Part shown: positions 9,770 through 18,921 of the stretch, one piece after another | How the letters are laid out: the number at the start of each line of letters is the position of its first letter | Numbering within the stretch: position 1 is the first letter of the stretch | From: Pirellulales bacterium | Lineage (GTDB): Bacteria; Planctomycetota; Planctomycetia; Pirellulales; DASRSE01 | Direction of reading: 5' to 3' | Assembly: GCA_035656655.1 (NCBI GenBank) | Contig: DASRSE010000125.1 | Span: 1 to 48,595, forward strand | DNA length: 48,595 bases | Translations under genes and position numbers: made by a program | The notes under the pieces: generated by a model | Database searches by the model: none | Told to the model about the DNA's origin: nothing | The model's input: only the letters and a program-made list of their open reading frames with translations

Positions 9770-10088
9770 CCTTGAGCCTCGTTTTTGAATGGTCGGGCGG
9801 CTGCGGGGCGACGATCCTTGGCGCTCGTCGCATGCGCGGCATTTTTTTAGGCGGCTCATTGCAGGTGCCCGTCTCGCGGCAGGAGCCAGTGCAGAGAAGC
9901 AGTTTAACCCGGCCAAAAAGACGTGTCTATCCCAGTCGTACGGCGCCCAATTTGGGCCCGCAGCGACGGCGAGAATTTCGCGGAATTCATCTAGCAACGC
10001 TACATTTCCGCTGGCTCGATGCTTAAACTGCATTTGGCCCGACTGCTCCTCTGTGCTTTGCCCACCCTTCGTTTTGAGGTCGCTGATC

Positions 10089-12398
10089 ATGTCTCGTCGT
10101 TTCACTGCACGCGCGGTTTCGTTGCTCACTTCGGTTTTGCTTTCGGCCTTATGGTTTAGCGGACTCGTGCTATTGTCCGCGCCCAGCCACGCGGCCGAAG
10201 CGTGGAAGCCGGCTGCGGGCCCCCTAATGACGCGCTGGGGCAAAGAGGTCACTCCCGCGAACGTGCATCCGGAATACCCCCGGCCGCAACTCGTACGCTT
10301 GGAAAAGGGCAAACCGCAGTGGCAAAATCTGAATGGGCTATGGGATTATGCAATTCGCGCCAAAAACGAGACGCAGCCGCCACAGTGGGACGGCCAGATC
10401 CTGGTGCCGTTTCCCGTCGAATCGGCTCTCAGCGGCGTCATGAAACCGGTCGGCGAACCCAACGCCGTTTGGTATCATCGCAGCCTGAAGCTGAGCAAAC
10501 CGGCCGGCGACCAACGACTCTTATTGCACTTTGGCGCCGTCGATTGGCAAGCGACGATCTACGTCAATGGCACTAAAGTCGGCATGCACGAAGGGGGTTA
10601 CGATCCGTTCCAATTCGATATTACCAGCGCTCTGAAAGCGACCGGCGAACAAGATCTCGTCGTCCGCGTTACCGACCCAACCGACAAAGGAACGCAGCCG
10701 CGGGGCAAGCAAGTGCTCAAGCCAGGTGGAATCTTTTACACCGCGGTCACTGGCATTTGGCAAACGGTTTGGCTCGAGACCGTTCCGGAGCAGCATATCG
10801 CCGCCCTCAAAATTGTTCCGGACCTCGATGGCAAGAGAATCCTCGTCACCGTCCAGGCGTCGGACGCAAAAGCCGGCGGCAAAGTGACTGCGACCTTGCT
10901 CGACAAGGGAACGACCGTAGCCACGGCCGAGGGGCTGGCCGGCGAACCGTTGGCGCTCGAAATCAAGACGCCTAAACCTTGGTCGCCGGACGATCCGTTT
11001 CTGTACGGGTTGAAGGTCGAACTCGCTGGCGGTGACGCCGTCGAGAGTTATGCCGCGCTCCGCAAGATTTCGCTGGGAAAAGACGAACAAGGGATCCCAC
11101 GCTTGCTGCTGAACAACAAGCCGCTGTTTCAATACGGCCCGCTTGATCAGGGCTGGTGGCCCGACGGCCTGTATACGCCGCCGAGCGATGCCGCCTTGAA
11201 ATCGGATGTAGAAATGTTGAAGAAGCTCGGCTGCAATATGATTCGCAAGCACGTGAAGGTCGAGCCTGACCGCTGGTATTACGATTGCGATCAGCTCGGG
11301 ATCATGGTCTGGCAGGACATGCCTAGTGGTGATCGCGGGATCGGCGGCAACGATCCAGACTTGAAACGGAGCCCTGCTTCGGCGGCCGAATATGAACGCG
11401 AGTGGACGGCGATCATCCATGCCCTCGAAAGCCATCCGTGCATTGTGATGTGGGTGCCGTTCAACGAAGGCTGGGGCCAATTCGACACGGCTCGAATCGT
11501 CGACATGACGCATAAACTCGATCCCTCGCGGCTGGTCGATAATGCCAGCGGCTGGACGGACCGGCACGTCGGGGACGTCAGTGACATGCACAACTACCCC
11601 GGCCCGGGCATGCCCCGCGTCGAGGAGCGCCGGGCCGCCGTTCTGGGCGAGTTCGGCGGACTCGGCCTGGCGATTCACGGCCATCTGTGGGCCGAGAAGA
11701 ACAACTGGGGCTATGTCCAATTCAAGAATAAGGAAGACCTGGGGGCGGAATATCTGCAAATGATGGGGCGGCTGCGTGGCTTGATCGGCCAAGGGCTCTG
11801 CGCCGCGGTCTATACCCAGACGACCGATGTCGAAGGGGAAGTGAACGGGATGATGACCTACGATCGCGAGGTGCTGAAGTTGCCTGAGGCCGCCGTGACC
11901 GCGGCGCATCGCAAGTTGTATTTGCCCCCGCCTCGGGTAGAGGTTGTGCTGGCCACTTCGCAGCACTCTCCGCAAATGTGGAAAACCACTGGCAGCAAGC
12001 CGGCCGACGACTGGTTCAAACCCGGCTTTGACGATTCCAAATGGACGTCGGCGGGCGGAGGCTTTGGCACCAAAGGAACGCCCGGTGCGGTGATCGGCAC
12101 GGAGTGGAAATCGCAGGATTTGTGGCTGCGGCGGTCGTTCGAGTTGAAAGACGCGCACCTCACCGATCCGCAATGGCTGGTCCACCACGACGACGATGCC
12201 GAGATTTATCTTAACGGCGAGAAAGTCGCCAGCCTGGCGGGCTATACCAGCAGCTATGCGCAATTTCCCCTTAGTGAGAAAGCCCGGGGGTTGCTGAAGT
12301 CGGGCTCCAATACGGTGGCGATCCACGTTCATCAAAACGCGGGCGGACAATTCATCGACGCCGGGATTGTGAACGTCCAAGAGCAAAGCGAAAAATGA
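10089..12398 (+). CDS. Secreted glycoside hydrolase family 2 protein
   Basis: ATG at 10089 gives a signal peptide (MSRRFTARAVSLLTSVLLSALWFSGLVLLSAPSHAAEA). GH2 sugar-binding, Ig-like and TIM-barrel order with NMIRKHVKVEP and VPFNEGWGQ (acid/base NE). There is an extra C-terminal galactose-binding-like domain. Confidence 0.85.
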   Translation: MSRRFTARAVSLLTSVLLSALWFSGLVLLSAPSHAAEAWKPAAGPLMTRWGKEVTPANVHPEYPRPQLVRLEKGKPQWQNLNGLWDYAIRAKNETQPPQWDGQILVPFPVESALSGVMKPVGEPNAVWYHRSLKLSKPAGDQRLLLHFGAVDWQATIYVNGTKVGMHEGGYDPFQFDITSALKATGEQDLVVRVTDPTDKGTQPRGKQVLKPGGIFYTAVTGIWQTVWLETVPEQHIAALKIVPDLDGKRILVTVQASDAKAGGKVTATLLDKGTTVATAEGLAGEPLALEIKTPKPWSPDDPFLYGLKVELAGGDAVESYAALRKISLGKDEQGIPRLLLNNKPLFQYGPLDQGWWPDGLYTPPSDAALKSDVEMLKKLGCNMIRKHVKVEPDRWYYDCDQLGIMVWQDMPSGDRGIGGNDPDLKRSPASAAEYEREWTAIIHALESHPCIVMWVPFNEGWGQFDTARIVDMTHKLDPSRLVDNASGWTDRHVGDVSDMHNYPGPGMPRVEERRAAVLGEFGGLGLAIHGHLWAEKNNWGYVQFKNKEDLGAEYLQMMGRLRGLIGQGLCAAVYTQTTDVEGEVNGMMTYDREVLKLPEAAVTAAHRKLYLPPPRVEVVLATSQHSPQMWKTTGSKPADDWFKPGFDDSKWTSAGGGFGTKGTPGAVIGTEWKSQDLWLRRSFELKDAHLTDPQWLVHHDDDAEIYLNGEKVASLAGYTSSYAQFPLSEKARGLLKSGSNTVAIHVHQNAGGQFIDAGIVNVQEQSEK

Positions 12399-12614
12399 TG
12401 GCCGCCGTCAACGGACGCGAACGTCCCGAGCCAACGCGGCCCGTTTGCGATTCGGTCGCGCAACTGCTACGTTAACAGTTCGAGAAAGATTCTGCGGCGG
12501 CTCGGGCCTTTTTGCCACAGCCTTTTTGCCACAGCCGATTGCCACCGGCAAACAAGGTAGTTTTGCCGTCGACCCGTTTGAAACTTGTATTCGCGAACCA
12601 ACCAGGGGATTCCT

Positions 12615-12845
12615 ATGTCGGAAGTTGTGGTGCGCTGCCGTCCGAACGGCCCATTCGTGATCGAAGGACCGGTCAAGGTCATCGACCAAAACGGCAATGC
12701 GTTCGTTGCCAATAGCGGCAAGCCAGTGACGGCGCTCTGCCGCTGCGGTGAGTCGAAGAACAAGCCGTTCTGCGACGGCTCGCACAAAGGGTGCGGATTT
12801 GTCGCCGAAGAGACCGCTCCGCCGACGCCGGTTCCGCAGCCGTAG
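12615..12845 (+). CDS. CDGSH-type iron-sulfur domain protein
   Basis: 76 aa. Textbook motif CRCGESKNKPFCDGSH. ATG at 12615 is preceded by AGGGGA. Confidence 0.85.
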   Translation: MSEVVVRCRPNGPFVIEGPVKVIDQNGNAFVANSGKPVTALCRCGESKNKPFCDGSHKGCGFVAEETAPPTPVPQP

Positions 12846-12866
12846 TTTTTTCGGCGAAAGATTCCG

Positions 12867-14012
12867 GTGAGATTCAGCAAACCACTTGCAATCGGGGGAG
12901 GCACGCCGGTTTTTCCCGACGGCGCGCCGCACTGGCCGATACCCGACGCGGCGGTGCAGCAAGCACTGTGCGCAGCCTGGGAGTCGGGTGACTGGGGCCG
13001 GTACCACGGTCCCTTTTGTGAACGGCTGGCGACCGAACTAGCGCTGCTGCATCAGGTGGAGTTTGTGCAACTCTGCTGCTCGGGCACGTTTGCCGTCGAA
13101 CTGGCCTTGCGGGCGGTTGGAGTTGGCCGCGGAGACGAAGTGATTTTAGCGGGGTACGACTTTCCCGGCAATTTTCGCGCGATTGAGGCGATTGGCGCCG
13201 TCCCTGTGCTGGTCGATCTGGCCCCGCAGCGGTGGACTCTCGATCCGGACCAAGTGCCGCTTGCCCGGAGCGAAAAGACGCGTGCCGTGCTCGTGTCGCA
13301 TCTGCACGGCTCGCTGGCGTCGCTACGCAAGTTGCGCGCGTTTGCCGACCACGAACGGATTGCGCTGGTCGAAGACGCCTGTCAATCGCCGGGCGCCGTC
13401 TATGATGGAAAAATCGCCGGAACCTGGGGCGATGTGGGCGTCCTCAGCTTTGGCGGCAGCAAGCTGCTCACGGCCGGGCGCGGCGGCGCGATTCTGACCA
13501 ATCGACCCGAACTCCACCAGCGCGCAAAAATCTTTTGCGACCGCGGCAATCAGGCCTTCCCCTTGAGCGAATTGCAGGCGGCCGTGCTGGCGCCGCAAGT
13601 TCGCCTGTTAACGGAACGCAATGCGCTGCGCCGCAACCGGTTCGATCGGCTGGCCCAGCGTCTATCCGCGCTCCGCGGCATCCAATTGCTCGATCCGTTT
13701 TGTTCGACCCTTCGCCAACCAGCGTTTTACAAGGTCGGCCTGCGATTTGTCGAAGAGCAGTTGGCTGGCGTTGCCCGCGCTGATTATGTGGCGGCCATGC
13801 AAGCCGAAGGGGTCGCGCTCGACACGGGGTTTCGAGGCTTCACCAAACGAAGCGAGCGCCGCTGTCGCCGGGTGGGAGAGTTGCCTCATTCCCAACGCGC
13901 CGTCGACTCGACGCTCGTGCTTCACCATCCTATTTTACTGCAACCGGAAGAATCAATCGACCGACTAGCCGAGGCCTTTCACAAGGTCAGCGCGGCGCTC
14001 GCGGGTTCGTGA
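12867..14012 (+). CDS. DegT/DnrJ/EryC1/StrS-family PLP-dependent sugar aminotransferase
   Basis: 381 aa with a GTG start. Family-typical segments EDACQSPGA and SFGGSKLLTAGRGGAILT (PLP lysine). Confidence 0.85.
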   Translation: MRFSKPLAIGGGTPVFPDGAPHWPIPDAAVQQALCAAWESGDWGRYHGPFCERLATELALLHQVEFVQLCCSGTFAVELALRAVGVGRGDEVILAGYDFPGNFRAIEAIGAVPVLVDLAPQRWTLDPDQVPLARSEKTRAVLVSHLHGSLASLRKLRAFADHERIALVEDACQSPGAVYDGKIAGTWGDVGVLSFGGSKLLTAGRGGAILTNRPELHQRAKIFCDRGNQAFPLSELQAAVLAPQVRLLTERNALRRNRFDRLAQRLSALRGIQLLDPFCSTLRQPAFYKVGLRFVEEQLAGVARADYVAAMQAEGVALDTGFRGFTKRSERRCRRVGELPHSQRAVDSTLVLHHPILLQPEESIDRLAEAFHKVSAALAGS

Positions 14013-14361
14013 CCTCGGGGTTCGGCGCCGCCTGCATTTTCGGCAACAGCGTCCTCCGAGCCAAGGCAGCGGGCAAAATGACTGCACGTGAAATTCCTCC
14101 CGTACCACCGGCGCCGCTCGCCGCGGCGACGGTTACGGAGGTGGAAAGCGTGCTGTCGGCTGTTCCCTCCGCGACGGGCTCCGGTTTCACCGGGACTTCG
14201 GCCGCGGCGTCGATCGGAGCCAGTTCGCCGCGACGAATCCGCACACTCACGGGCGCCTCGATCGCGAGCGTCACGCGTCCTCCAGCGATGCGATTGACCA
14301 AGACCGTAATTCCGTCGCCGATACAGATTCGTTCGCCAGGCTTCCGACTAAGCACTAACAT
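13987..14361 (-). CDS. csrA: Carbon storage regulator CsrA with a long C-terminal extension
   Basis: MLVLSRKPGERICIGDGITVLVNRIAGGRVTLAIEAPVSVRIRRGEL matches the CsrA fold consensus. ATG at 14359-14361 has GGAGGA 8 nt upstream. At 124 aa it is about twice the usual length. Confidence 0.85.
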   Translation of the reverse strand: MLVLSRKPGERICIGDGITVLVNRIAGGRVTLAIEAPVSVRIRRGELAPIDAAAEVPVKPEPVAEGTADSTLSTSVTVAAASGAGGTGGISRAVILPAALARRTLLPKMQAAPNPEVTNPRAPR

Positions 14362-14481
14362 GGGCCGATCCTCCCTGAAGTTTGGCAACCGCGTTTCGGT
14401 TCGGCTCTGAGAGCCAGCACACCTACAACTCACGGCCACGCAGAATGAGAACCTATGGATAAATCAATGCCATTGAATGAA

Positions 14482-14497
14482 TGCAATTGAAGTGCCA
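14482..14497 (-). promoter_or_regulatory. Candidate sigma-54 (-24/-12) promoter upstream of csrA
   Basis: The minus strand reads TGGCAC-TTCAA-TTGCA, an exact match to the TGGCAC-N5-TTGC(A/T) core. It lies about 120 nt upstream of the csrA ATG, inside a locally AT-rich intergenic island. Confidence 0.5.
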
Positions 14498-14646
14498 CCA
14501 ACTTTAAGGTTTTTTCATGGATTTTAAGAATAGCCTTAAGTCATTTTGTAGAAATACGTTATGCTTATCGTTGCGACATAATCGCCAGGCGGCGCTAGCT
14601 GCCGCTTTGCCATTCAGCTGTCAATTTCGTCTCGTTTTGATTTAAG

Positions 14647-14663
14647 ATTCTCACTTTGAGAAT
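14647..14663. promoter_or_regulatory. Perfect 7-bp inverted repeat ATTCTCA-ctt-TGAGAAT (candidate operator or enhancer site)
   Basis: Read directly from the sequence. It is about 150 bp upstream (in the minus sense) of the sigma-54-like element and about 30 bp upstream of the TPR gene ATG at 14692. Confidence 0.3.
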
Positions 14664-14691
14664 CGAATTCCCCTTTAGCACGCGGCAAAAG

Positions 14692-15459
14692 ATGAGCATG
14701 TTTTTCAAAGCTCGACGGTGGCTTTTGTTTTTTGTCGTCGCATGTTTCGCGACCTGCGTATCGGCCGACGAGCCAGAGGCGACGGAGTGGCTCACCCAAG
14801 CCCGTAAAGCCGCGCTTGAAAAGCACCACGATGACGCCATCTTGGCCTGCGACGCGGCGCTCAAACTCGACCCGCAGTTGGCGCTCGCCTATCAGGTCCG
14901 CGGCGAAGAGCAGTTCAAGCGCGGCCACATTCACGATTCGGTGCAAGACTTCGAACACTATTTGGAACTGGTGCCGGCGGCGCGGCCTGGCCATTGGCAA
15001 CTTGGCATCTCGTTGTATTACGATGGCCAGTTTGCCGCCGGCGCCAAGCAGTTCGAGGCCTATCAAAACGTTGACGATAACGACGTGGAGAACGTCGTCT
15101 GGCGATTTCTTTGTCAGGCTCGCGTGGATGGGGTGGAAAAGGCGCGGGCCGCGCTGCTCAAAGTGAAGAATGACACGCGCGTGCCGATGAAGGAGGTCTG
15201 GGAGATGTTCGCCGGGACGAAAACGCCCGACGACGTTTTGAAACGAGCGGAAGCCGGCGATCCGACCGCCGCCGAACTGAAAGTCCGCCGCTTCAATGCC
15301 AACTTGTATGTCGGCTTATATGAGGAAGCGCTCGGCAATCGCGACCTCGCCAAAAAATATTTAACCGCCGCCGACGAAAAGTACCGTATTCCCGAGTACA
15401 TGGGCGACGTCGCCCATGTCCATGCCGCGCGGTTGTCCAAACCGGCCAAGCCCAAGTAA
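14692..15459 (+). CDS. Secreted TPR-repeat protein of unknown function
   Basis: ATG at 14692 gives a signal-like N-terminus MSMFFKARRWLLFFVVACFATCVSADEP. TPR-like helices follow (AILACDAALKLDPQLALAYQVRGEEQFKRGHIHDSVQDFEHYLEL). Confidence 0.65.
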   Translation: MSMFFKARRWLLFFVVACFATCVSADEPEATEWLTQARKAALEKHHDDAILACDAALKLDPQLALAYQVRGEEQFKRGHIHDSVQDFEHYLELVPAARPGHWQLGISLYYDGQFAAGAKQFEAYQNVDDNDVENVVWRFLCQARVDGVEKARAALLKVKNDTRVPMKEVWEMFAGTKTPDDVLKRAEAGDPTAAELKVRRFNANLYVGLYEEALGNRDLAKKYLTAADEKYRIPEYMGDVAHVHAARLSKPAKPK

Positions 15460-15629
15460 GCTCGGCCACGCGCCGCCGCGCCGGTTCTTCCTTTCCGGAT
15501 GAGCAGCCGGGTGATGTGTTCGAGACGCCCATAGCCGCGCGCGTGCTTCCACTCCCCTTCGCCAAGAAGGTCGCTGCGCGAGGCCGGCGTCGGGCGTCGG
15601 AACTCATCCCATGTCCCAAACCGGGCTCG

Positions 15630-18161
15630 TTACCGCTTGCCGGGGCGGCGCTGCGCGTCGGCCTGAGTTGGGTCTTCGGGCCACGCGTGTTTGGGATAGC
15701 GGCGACGGAGTTCTTTTCGGACTTCAGCGTAGGCGGTTCTCCAAAAGCTTTCCAGATCGCTCGTCACTTGCTGCGGCCGGTGATTTGGCGCCAGCAAATG
15801 CATCAGGACCGCGATTCGACCGCCCGCCACGCGCGGCGTTTGCCGCAAGCCGAACACTTCTTGGATGCGGACGGCCAGCACCGGCGGCTTCAAAAATTCG
15901 TATTTCAGCGCAATTCGGCTGCCGCTGGGCACGGCGATTCGCTCCGGCGTCTCGCGCTCGACCGCCGCGCGCTGCGCGGCGGTGAGCTGCGATTGCACGA
16001 CCGAGGCGAGCTGCGCGCGGCGAACCTCGTCGATCGATCGCGCCCCCTGGCACAGCTTCGGCAACAACCGCCGCAGCGGATCGTCTCCCCATTCAGGCAA
16101 GCCTAGCTCCGGCATCCACCGCGCCAGACAACGGACGCGCGCGAGATAGTTCAAACCTTCGTCGTCCTGGAAAAAATTCGCGTCGAGACGCTCGGCGGCA
16201 GCCTGGGCGAGCACGGGTCCGAGTTCAAAATCGTCCGGCACGTTGGTCGCCGCTTCGTCCAGCACCAGGTCCAGAAATCGGATTCTCCGCAGCGCCACCA
16301 CGCGCTCTTTCGTGTGGTCAAATTCCACGTCGATCGTCGTCGAGAGCAGTTCGGGCGGGAGCCAATCGCGTTCGATCGCGCTCGCCTGGCGGACGAGCGC
16401 TTCGGCGGCGCCGGTCTCTTCGAGTTCGATGCAGACGAACAGCCGCGCCTCGCGGACCGCGCTTTGCTCGTGCAGTCGCACGCCGCGACCGCCGACCATG
16501 ATTGCGCGGCGGCTGTTCGGCTCGCGGCGCCGCGCCACGCGATCAGCAAAAGCGGCCAGCGCGGCCCGGCGGAGCGCTTCGTTCGATTCCACCCGCAAGT
16601 CCGGAGGAGCTTGGAAATCATCCGCCTTCAAAACGGCCGCCAGCAGTTGATCGCGGCTCCGCGAAATCTGCTTCAACGCGGCCCGCTCGAGCGGCCCCAG
16701 CGCGGTTTGCAACCGTCCGGTCTGCGCAGAATCTTCGCACGCCTGCACGCGATCCACCAGATCGCTGTCTGAAACGTCGTGCGCCGCGCGCGCACGGCTC
16801 GCGCCGGTGCGAAATGGGTCGCGCTCGGAAAGCAACGCCGCCGCCAGCGCCAATTGTTTGACGTGCCCGAGACGAGCCCCTTCGCAGAGCATCCGGCCGA
16901 GCCGCGGCTCGACGGGAAGCTTCGCCAAGCGCCGTCCCAGCGGAGTGAGCCGCCCGCGATTCGTTGCGCCCAGACGCTCGAGCAGCTCGCGCGCTTGCGC
17001 TAGTGCCGGCGGCGGCGGCGGATCAAACCAAGCAAATTCATCGACACCGCGATCGTCCCAACCGAGCAGGTGCAAGAGCGCGGCCGCCAGATCGAGCCGC
17101 GCGATCTCCGGCGTCTCATGCTCGGCGAGCGCGCGCTGGCGCGATTCGGTCCAGAGCCGCAAGCAAATCCCGGGCGCGGTTCGCCCGGCGCGCCCAGCGC
17201 GCTGCGCCGCGGCGGCCTGCGAAATACGCTCCAGCATGAGTCTATTTAGTCCTAGTCCCGGATCGATCCGTTGAATGCGCGCGAGGCCCGCATCGACCAC
17301 CGCCGTCACCCCTTCGATGGTGAGGCTCGTTTCCGCGACATTCGTGGCCAGCACGACCTTGCGTTGCGCTCCGCGTTGTAACACGGCCTGTTGGCGTTCG
17401 AGCGGCAGTTCGCCGTACAGTTCGGCTAAACAAACGTTTTCCGCCGCGGCCCAAGCAGCCAGTTCGGCAGCGGCGCGGCGAATCTCGCCGACCCCTGGCA
17501 AAAACGCGAGCACGTCGCCGCTCGTCTCGGAGAAAACTTGTTTCACCCCCGCCGCGACTTGGCTCGCGCACGGTTCGCGCGATTCGTGCCGCGAATATGA
17601 AATCGAGATCGGAAACGATCGGCCCGCGCTTTCGAGGCAAGGACAATCGCCCAAGAACCGCGCGATCGGCGCCGGATCAAGCGTCGCCGACATCACGACC
17701 AGTTTTAGTTCCGGCCGCAACTCAGTCTGCACGCGCCGAGCCATGGCGAGGCTCAGATCGGAATCGAGCGTTCGTTCATGAAATTCGTCGAACAGCACCG
17801 CAGCGATTTGCTCCAAAAACGGATCGTCTTGTAAACGGCGCAGAAAAAGACCGGCAGTCATTGCGATGATCTTGGTGTCGGCGGAGGCGCGGCGCTCGAA
17901 CCGCACGTGATAGCCGATTTCGCTCCCCAGCGCGGTGCCGCGTTCGCTCGCCATGCGCCAAGCCGCCGCCCGCGCGGCGATGCGCCGCGGCTGCAAAAGC
18001 AGAATCTGGCCCGGTCCGATGCACGCATCCAGAAGCGCCGGCGGGACGCGCGTCGTTTTGCCGGCTCCGGTTGGCGCCTTCAGCACGGCGCAAGGATGCG
18101 TGCGGAGCGCGGCGAGGAGTTGGGGCAAGACCTCGTCGATCGGCAGGCGTGGCAGCGACAT
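15630..18161 (-). CDS. hrpB: ATP-dependent RNA helicase HrpB (DEAH-box)
   Basis: 843 aa. Motif I APTGAGKTT, motif II DEFHER, SAT, and the HrpB-type C-terminal domain. The N-terminus LPIDEVLPQLLAAL is typical of HrpB. Confidence 0.92.
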   Translation of the reverse strand: MSLPRLPIDEVLPQLLAALRTHPCAVLKAPTGAGKTTRVPPALLDACIGPGQILLLQPRRIAARAAAWRMASERGTALGSEIGYHVRFERRASADTKIIAMTAGLFLRRLQDDPFLEQIAAVLFDEFHERTLDSDLSLAMARRVQTELRPELKLVVMSATLDPAPIARFLGDCPCLESAGRSFPISISYSRHESREPCASQVAAGVKQVFSETSGDVLAFLPGVGEIRRAAAELAAWAAAENVCLAELYGELPLERQQAVLQRGAQRKVVLATNVAETSLTIEGVTAVVDAGLARIQRIDPGLGLNRLMLERISQAAAAQRAGRAGRTAPGICLRLWTESRQRALAEHETPEIARLDLAAALLHLLGWDDRGVDEFAWFDPPPPPALAQARELLERLGATNRGRLTPLGRRLAKLPVEPRLGRMLCEGARLGHVKQLALAAALLSERDPFRTGASRARAAHDVSDSDLVDRVQACEDSAQTGRLQTALGPLERAALKQISRSRDQLLAAVLKADDFQAPPDLRVESNEALRRAALAAFADRVARRREPNSRRAIMVGGRGVRLHEQSAVREARLFVCIELEETGAAEALVRQASAIERDWLPPELLSTTIDVEFDHTKERVVALRRIRFLDLVLDEAATNVPDDFELGPVLAQAAAERLDANFFQDDEGLNYLARVRCLARWMPELGLPEWGDDPLRRLLPKLCQGARSIDEVRRAQLASVVQSQLTAAQRAAVERETPERIAVPSGSRIALKYEFLKPPVLAVRIQEVFGLRQTPRVAGGRIAVLMHLLAPNHRPQQVTSDLESFWRTAYAEVRKELRRRYPKHAWPEDPTQADAQRRPGKR

Positions 18162-18194
18162 CGCATTTGTTCCTGGGCCGCTGGGCGCCCCAGA

Positions 18195-18665
18195 TCAGGC
18201 GACGCCGCCGGCGACCATTCCCGCCGGCGATCGTTCGCGGAGATAAACAACCTCTTCGGCGCACACGACCCACCCGCGACAGCCAGCCGAGCCACAACGG
18301 CAAGGGATCGCGTGGTCGGCCGGCCAGCCATAGTCGATCGTCAATTCTTCACCGGGCTGGATGGTCCGCAAGGCGACCAGATAGAGCGCTTCGACCGGGC
18401 GGCCATCGGCCGTTTCCCAGTAGGTAATCTCGGCATTCGGCTCGCAACTATGATTCAGAAATCGAAACGGCGCGGCGGGTTCCAGAATGCGATCGTCGCC
18501 CAGGTCCATGCAATAAGAAGAGTGTTCTTGAGGATCTTCGATGATCTCGCCCGCAATCCGTCCGATCGTTTGATTGCGGCGAATTTTTCGCGACGCAAAC
18601 ACGCCTTGTCCAACAACACTCGGCTCCACGCACACCGGCAGCGGTTTCCTTGGCATTGCGCCCAT
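18195..18665 (-). CDS. SET-domain protein-lysine methyltransferase-like protein
   Basis: 156 aa. SET signatures FLNHSCEPN and ELTIDYG, plus a post-SET Cys cluster CRCGSAGCRG. Its stop is 33 nt upstream of the hrpB start on the same strand. Confidence 0.85.
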   Translation of the reverse strand: MGAMPRKPLPVCVEPSVVGQGVFASRKIRRNQTIGRIAGEIIEDPQEHSSYCMDLGDDRILEPAAPFRFLNHSCEPNAEITYWETADGRPVEALYLVALRTIQPGEELTIDYGWPADHAIPCRCGSAGCRGWVVCAEEVVYLRERSPAGMVAGGVA

Positions 18666-18921
18666 CCTATAAAAAGGGCAGATCGTATTTCAGCGATTCC
18701 GCTCGGAGAAGGCGCGCCGATTGGATGCTTCTCCGCAAGTCGCTCGACCAGCGTAGCAACCAGGGCGCGATTCGTCCAGCCGTTCCAAGGGTGCGATTGC
18801 GCGATCTACTTTGCCGCCTGAGGCGAATGATTCGCGACGAAGCACGCGTCGATCCGCTCAGGGGCCCTCCACTCACTCACCGTCGCCGACTCCGGTGACG
18901 ATCCGTGGTGCGCGACGATGA

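Noticed and set aside
9770-10312. The ORF track contains 5'-extended versions of several ORFs: 8597..10312, 9789..12398, 18922..19908, 27233..28150, 30099..30860, 37173..39188 and 40213..43797.
   Set aside because: The extensions are low-complexity and Arg/Pro-rich, and they overlap neighbouring genes or divergent promoters. They also precede internal ATG/GTG codons that give canonical N-termini (signal peptide, MHE of HypA, REC domain start) and operon-style start/stop overlaps.
12506-12533. The tandem 14-bp direct repeat GCCTTTTTGCCACA x2, with a partial third copy, lies between the GH2 and CDGSH genes.
   Set aside because: It is real in the sequence but too short and isolated to assign a function. 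It is most simply slippage in a non-coding spacer or part of a weak terminator or promoter region.
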